The notes under the pieces were generated by a model that searched no databases, was not told the origin of the DNA, and saw only the letters and a list, made by a program, of their open reading frames with translations. Source: Zestosphaera tikiterensis (GTDB lineage: Archaea; Thermoproteota; Thermoprotei_A; Sulfolobales; NBVN01). From it: DNA of 8,542 bases. Shown here piece after piece: positions 5,916 to 8,542 of the stretch; the stretch's first letter is position 1; each line of letters begins with the position of its first letter. The stretch is from positions 1 to 8,542 of the forward strand of contig NBVN01000012.1 of the NCBI GenBank assembly GCA_003056265.1. Reading direction: 5' to 3'. The translations under genes and the position numbers were made by a program.

Positions 5916-7373
5916 ATGGATTTAGAACCTATATACCTAGGCAAAACCCGGTTAGAAGTTGAGGCAGTTAAGCTGTCGAACCTCACATATAAAGAACCAA
6001 CTATAGATTGGTTGAAGCGGTTCTTAAGCACGGGTGGTGACGTACAAAACAAGCTTTCAAACACTTCAGTTAAGGAAAGGCTTAAGCTAATCGATGAGTT
6101 AGGTAAGGTATGGAGGGAGAAGCTAAACTCGGGCAAGCTTGATCACTTAAAGAAAAACTTAGTTAAAACGACTGGATATAGCGAGAGACTCATAGATATG
6201 GAGTTCAGCCTAGTCTCTGAAGTTCTGAATAGTGAAAACCTCGTTAAATTGCTGGACGCCGGCTTAAAAGGTGGTTTAGCAAGTCTTGAAGGACCTTCCG
6301 AAATAGCTAGTAATGAATACTTAATGAACGTCCCCGCAGGCCCTGTGTTTATAATCAGCTCAGGTAACTCCGTAATCCCTCCTTTAATACCCACCGTAGT
6401 ATCTTTAGTTGTAGGCAATCAAACAATCCTTAAGCCCTCGATAAGCAATTACTTAGCAGTTAAGGAAGTGTTTGAAGGGTTTAAAGAAGTCTTGAATTCC
6501 TACGCTGATGCTTCAGCATATGCTGAAGCCTTACTCGTGAGTTACTTCTCACATAACAGTAAAGCCCTTCAATACCTACTTAAGGAAGCCCCCTTAGGAG
6601 TGGTTAATTACTGGGGTGGTGATCCAGGAAGGTTAACGGTATCTAAAGCCGTGGCTGAGAACTTAAACAAGCCTAAGTTAGTGGTTAACGGCCCCTTAAC
6701 GGGTTTTGCTATCGTGGATGAAGCCTCCGCTAATGAAGCAAACGCTGAAAAGCTAGCTTTTGATATAGTGCTTTACGATCAGCAATTATGTAGCTCCCCA
6801 ACCCAAGCGGCGTTCATAGGGAATTTCGATTCAGCAGTAAATTTCGCTAAACTACTTGGCAAGGCTTTAGATAGGGTTGGGTTGGAATTTAAAATCGATT
6901 TAAGCGAGGGCCATTTATATAACATAGTTAAGTTGAGAAGAGCTTTAGAATACGTTAGAACAACGCGGAATAAAGTACTGTATTCCACAGACCCTTCAAA
7001 TCCTTGGACGTTAGTTGTTAGTGAAGGTAGGTCTACCTTAGCCGAAGTAGCTTCATCTATAAACACCACCGTCTACGAAAGAAGAAGGTTTTTAGAACTC
7101 ATCACCGTAAACGACTTAGATCAGGCGGTGGATTTAATCCTTAATCTACGCGTTAACCCAGCCTTCACTGGAGTCGATAAAGTTCAGACCGTAGCTTTAG
7201 CTGTAAGTAAAGACTTAGAGCTTCAAGCCGTGAGGAAGTTATCGCGGGCAGGCGTATATAGGATCGTGCCCTTAGGTGAGACATACCTTAGAACACCTTA
7301 CGAACCTTACGACGGCTTTAGCCTCCCATCAGTCTTCACATACAGCGTTTACTTCAGGAGGGGATCAACCTGA
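5916..7373 (+). CDS. LuxC-family acyl-CoA (acyl-enzyme) reductase, ALDH-like fold
   Basis: The blocks are collinear with LuxC. FIISSGNSVIPPLIPTVVSLVVGNQTILKPS matches LLAGNVPLSG...IIKTS. NYWGGD matches VAWGGD. VVNGPLTGFAIV matches KFGPKKSLSII. LYDQQLCSSPTQ matches FYDQQACFSTQ and holds the acylated catalytic Cys, here Cys292 (TGT 6789-6791). SRAGVYRIVPLG matches ARSGVERIVESG. The gene starts 12 nt after the LuxE-like stop. Confidence 0.8.
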   Translation: MDLEPIYLGKTRLEVEAVKLSNLTYKEPTIDWLKRFLSTGGDVQNKLSNTSVKERLKLIDELGKVWREKLNSGKLDHLKKNLVKTTGYSERLIDMEFSLVSEVLNSENLVKLLDAGLKGGLASLEGPSEIASNEYLMNVPAGPVFIISSGNSVIPPLIPTVVSLVVGNQTILKPSISNYLAVKEVFEGFKEVLNSYADASAYAEALLVSYFSHNSKALQYLLKEAPLGVVNYWGGDPGRLTVSKAVAENLNKPKLVVNGPLTGFAIVDEASANEANAEKLAFDIVLYDQQLCSSPTQAAFIGNFDSAVNFAKLLGKALDRVGLEFKIDLSEGHLYNIVKLRRALEYVRTTRNKVLYSTDPSNPWTLVVSEGRSTLAEVASSINTTVYERRRFLELITVNDLDQAVDLILNLRVNPAFTGVDKVQTVALAVSKDLELQAVRKLSRAGVYRIVPLGETYLRTPYEPYDGFSLPSVFTYSVYFRRGST

Positions 7374-8365
7374 AGGTTCTGGTAACCGGCGCTTCCGGCT
7401 TCGTAGGAGGTCATTTAATTGAGGAATTGATTAGGAAGGGTTATGAAGTTCGTGGTATGGTACGTAAAACTAGTGACGTAAGCCTTTTAAAGCAGTTGGA
7501 TGTTGAGATAGCTTACGCAGATTTAACCCAGCCCGAAACCCTCGTTGAAGTAGTTAAGGGTGTTGATGCCGTAATACATTTAGCGGCTTACTACACGTTC
7601 TACGGTAAGAAAGAGCTTTATAGGCTGGTAAACGTTGAAGGAACTGAAAACCTAGCTAAGCTGTCTTTAAAGAACGGAGTTAAAAGGTTTATATACTGCA
7701 GCTCAACCGAAGCTATAGGCCCCGTTAAAAACCCACCCGGAGATGAGAACACAGAACCAAACCCGCAGTTTGAGTATGGAAGGTCTAAACTTCAGGCGGA
7801 GCTTAAGGTCAGGGAATTAAGTCGTTACGGATTAAAATACACTATAGTAAGGCCTTCAGGGATTTACGGTCCGCGAAACGTAGATGACGTCGCGTACTGG
7901 TTCATAACCACGTACGCTAAAGGGGGGTTAGCGTCGAAGATTATAGTTGGGTCTGGTACGAATTTAGTGCAGTTTGCCCACGTTAAAGACGTAGTTCAAG
8001 GGTTTACGCTAGTTCTGGAGAGGTGGGACGTTTCCGAAAATCAAACATATATCGTGAGTGAGGATAGGGCTTATACGTATTTAGAGGTTTACAAGATATT
8101 GTCTGAAATCTTAGGTAAGGAACCTCCTAAATATCACGTAAATCCTAAACTAGCTAAGGCCCTACTCCTCTTCGCTGAGGTCTACGATAGACTTAGAGGT
8201 GGTGAGAACTTCATGTATAGAGTTAAAGTGGTTGACGCCGTAACCAGTGATAGAGCGTATAGCGTAGAGAAAGCTAAGAGGGAGTTGGGTTATATGCCTA
8301 AATATGATTTAAGGAGAGGTCTTTACGAAACGATCGAATGGTACCGTAGTAATGGTTTCCTATAA
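7370..8365 (+). CDS. Extended short-chain dehydrogenase/reductase (NAD-dependent epimerase/dehydratase / aldehyde-reductase-like); start codon non-canonical or lost
   Basis: The frame-2 reading from 7370 gives (L)KVLVTGASGFVGGHLIEELIRKGYEV, with the TGxxGxxG Rossmann motif at 7385-7411. It continues with CSSTEAIG (catalytic Ser region), YGRSK (the YxxxK catalytic dyad) and VRPSGIYGP. The frame is open from 7322 but contains no ATG, GTG or TTG before the TTG at 7427, which lies after the Rossmann motif. GGAGG at 7357-7361 sits 8 nt before CTG 7370, which overlaps the LuxC-like TGA as CTGA. Confidence 0.8.
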   Translation: MKVLVTGASGFVGGHLIEELIRKGYEVRGMVRKTSDVSLLKQLDVEIAYADLTQPETLVEVVKGVDAVIHLAAYYTFYGKKELYRLVNVEGTENLAKLSLKNGVKRFIYCSSTEAIGPVKNPPGDENTEPNPQFEYGRSKLQAELKVRELSRYGLKYTIVRPSGIYGPRNVDDVAYWFITTYAKGGLASKIIVGSGTNLVQFAHVKDVVQGFTLVLERWDVSENQTYIVSEDRAYTYLEVYKILSEILGKEPPKYHVNPKLAKALLLFAEVYDRLRGGENFMYRVKVVDAVTSDRAYSVEKAKRELGYMPKYDLRRGLYETIEWYRSNGFL

Positions 8366-8374
8366 GATAATGCT

Positions 8375-8542
8375 TTAATCAGTTAGTACCTTAATCCACT
8401 TAATCTCCCTTAGGTATTCCTCCGGCGGTTTAGACGGTGCTCCAGTCATGGGGTCAGTCATCTCTTTAGTTTTCGGGAAGGCTATAACTTCCCTTATGTT
8501 GTCGTAGCCTAAAGCTATAGCTACAAGCCTATCCAAACCTAA
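8375..8542 (-). CDS. C-terminal end of a class II aminoacyl-tRNA synthetase with a bacterial-type AspRS-like tail (5' part outside window)
   Basis: The minus-strand frame open to the window edge reads [55 protein letters not shown]-stop (TAA = plus-strand tta, 8375-8377). It matches class II motif 3 and the bacterial AspRS tail pattern FGLDRLxMLLxGxDNIRDVIAFPKTxxxxxLMTxAPSxxxxxxLxELxI. It is convergent with the SDR gene, and the two stops are 9 bp apart. Confidence 0.65.
   Translation of the reverse strand, partial: LGLDRLVAIALGYDNIREVIAFPKTKEMTDPMTGAPSKPPEEYLREIKWIKVLTD

Noticed and set aside
5489-7069. Minus-strand ORFs 5489-5764, 5900-6136, 6143-6418 and 6779-7069 inside the LuxE/LuxC-like genes
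   Set aside because: They are antisense shadow ORFs within strongly supported coding regions and carry no motifs.
7356-7376. Programmed -1 frameshift fusing the LuxC-like and SDR reading frames
   Set aside because: The SDR frame is -1 relative to LuxC, but there is no X-XXY-YYZ slippery heptamer at GGA-TCA-ACC-TGA and no obvious downstream structure. An SD motif at correct spacing favours independent or coupled initiation.
1-8542. CRISPR arrays, IS elements, integrase or transposase genes
   Set aside because: No regularly spaced repeats, no terminal inverted repeats flanking an ORF, and no recombinase motifs were found in any listed ORF.

Overview
The window looks archaeal, probably a thermophilic Thermoproteota/Crenarchaeota-type genome. 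This is based on the GGGCCCG-type tRNA with a GCCAGGAUA D-loop, A/T-rich TATA-like boxes about 25 nt upstream of starts, an AF2212/DUF104-type antitoxin, KaiC-like ATPases and AGG/AGA/ATA-rich codon usage. All calls rest on motifs read from the translations; no database search was possible. Left to right: (1) the 3' part of a STAND-type P-loop NTPase gene with a long TPR-like C-terminal array, open from base 1. (2) A short accessory stretch holding a relic copy of one of that gene's own repeats, an orphan tRNA 3'-half, a vapBC (AF2212-like antitoxin + PIN) cassette and an intact tRNA-Arg(CCG). (3) A two-domain KaiC/RecA-like ATPase on the minus strand, with an intact N-terminal P-loop and a degenerate C-terminal one. 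(4) Divergently from it, a tight three-gene plus-strand operon: LuxE-like acyl-protein synthetase, LuxC-like acyl-CoA reductase and an extended SDR (NAD-dependent epimerase/dehydratase-like). No LuxD or LuxAB is present. (5) The convergent 3' end of a class II aminoacyl-tRNA synthetase gene with a bacterial-type AspRS C-terminus. The most interesting candidate is the LuxE-LuxC-SDR carboxylate-reducing module in an archaeal context. Its SDR has no canonical start codon in front of its Rossmann motif: the junction reads CTGA where a coupled ATGA would be expected. Secondary leads are the orphan tRNA half (att remnant or split-tRNA half), the STAND/TPR gene with its relic repeat, and the half-degenerate KaiC-like ATPase. 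No CRISPR array, transposase or integrase is visible.
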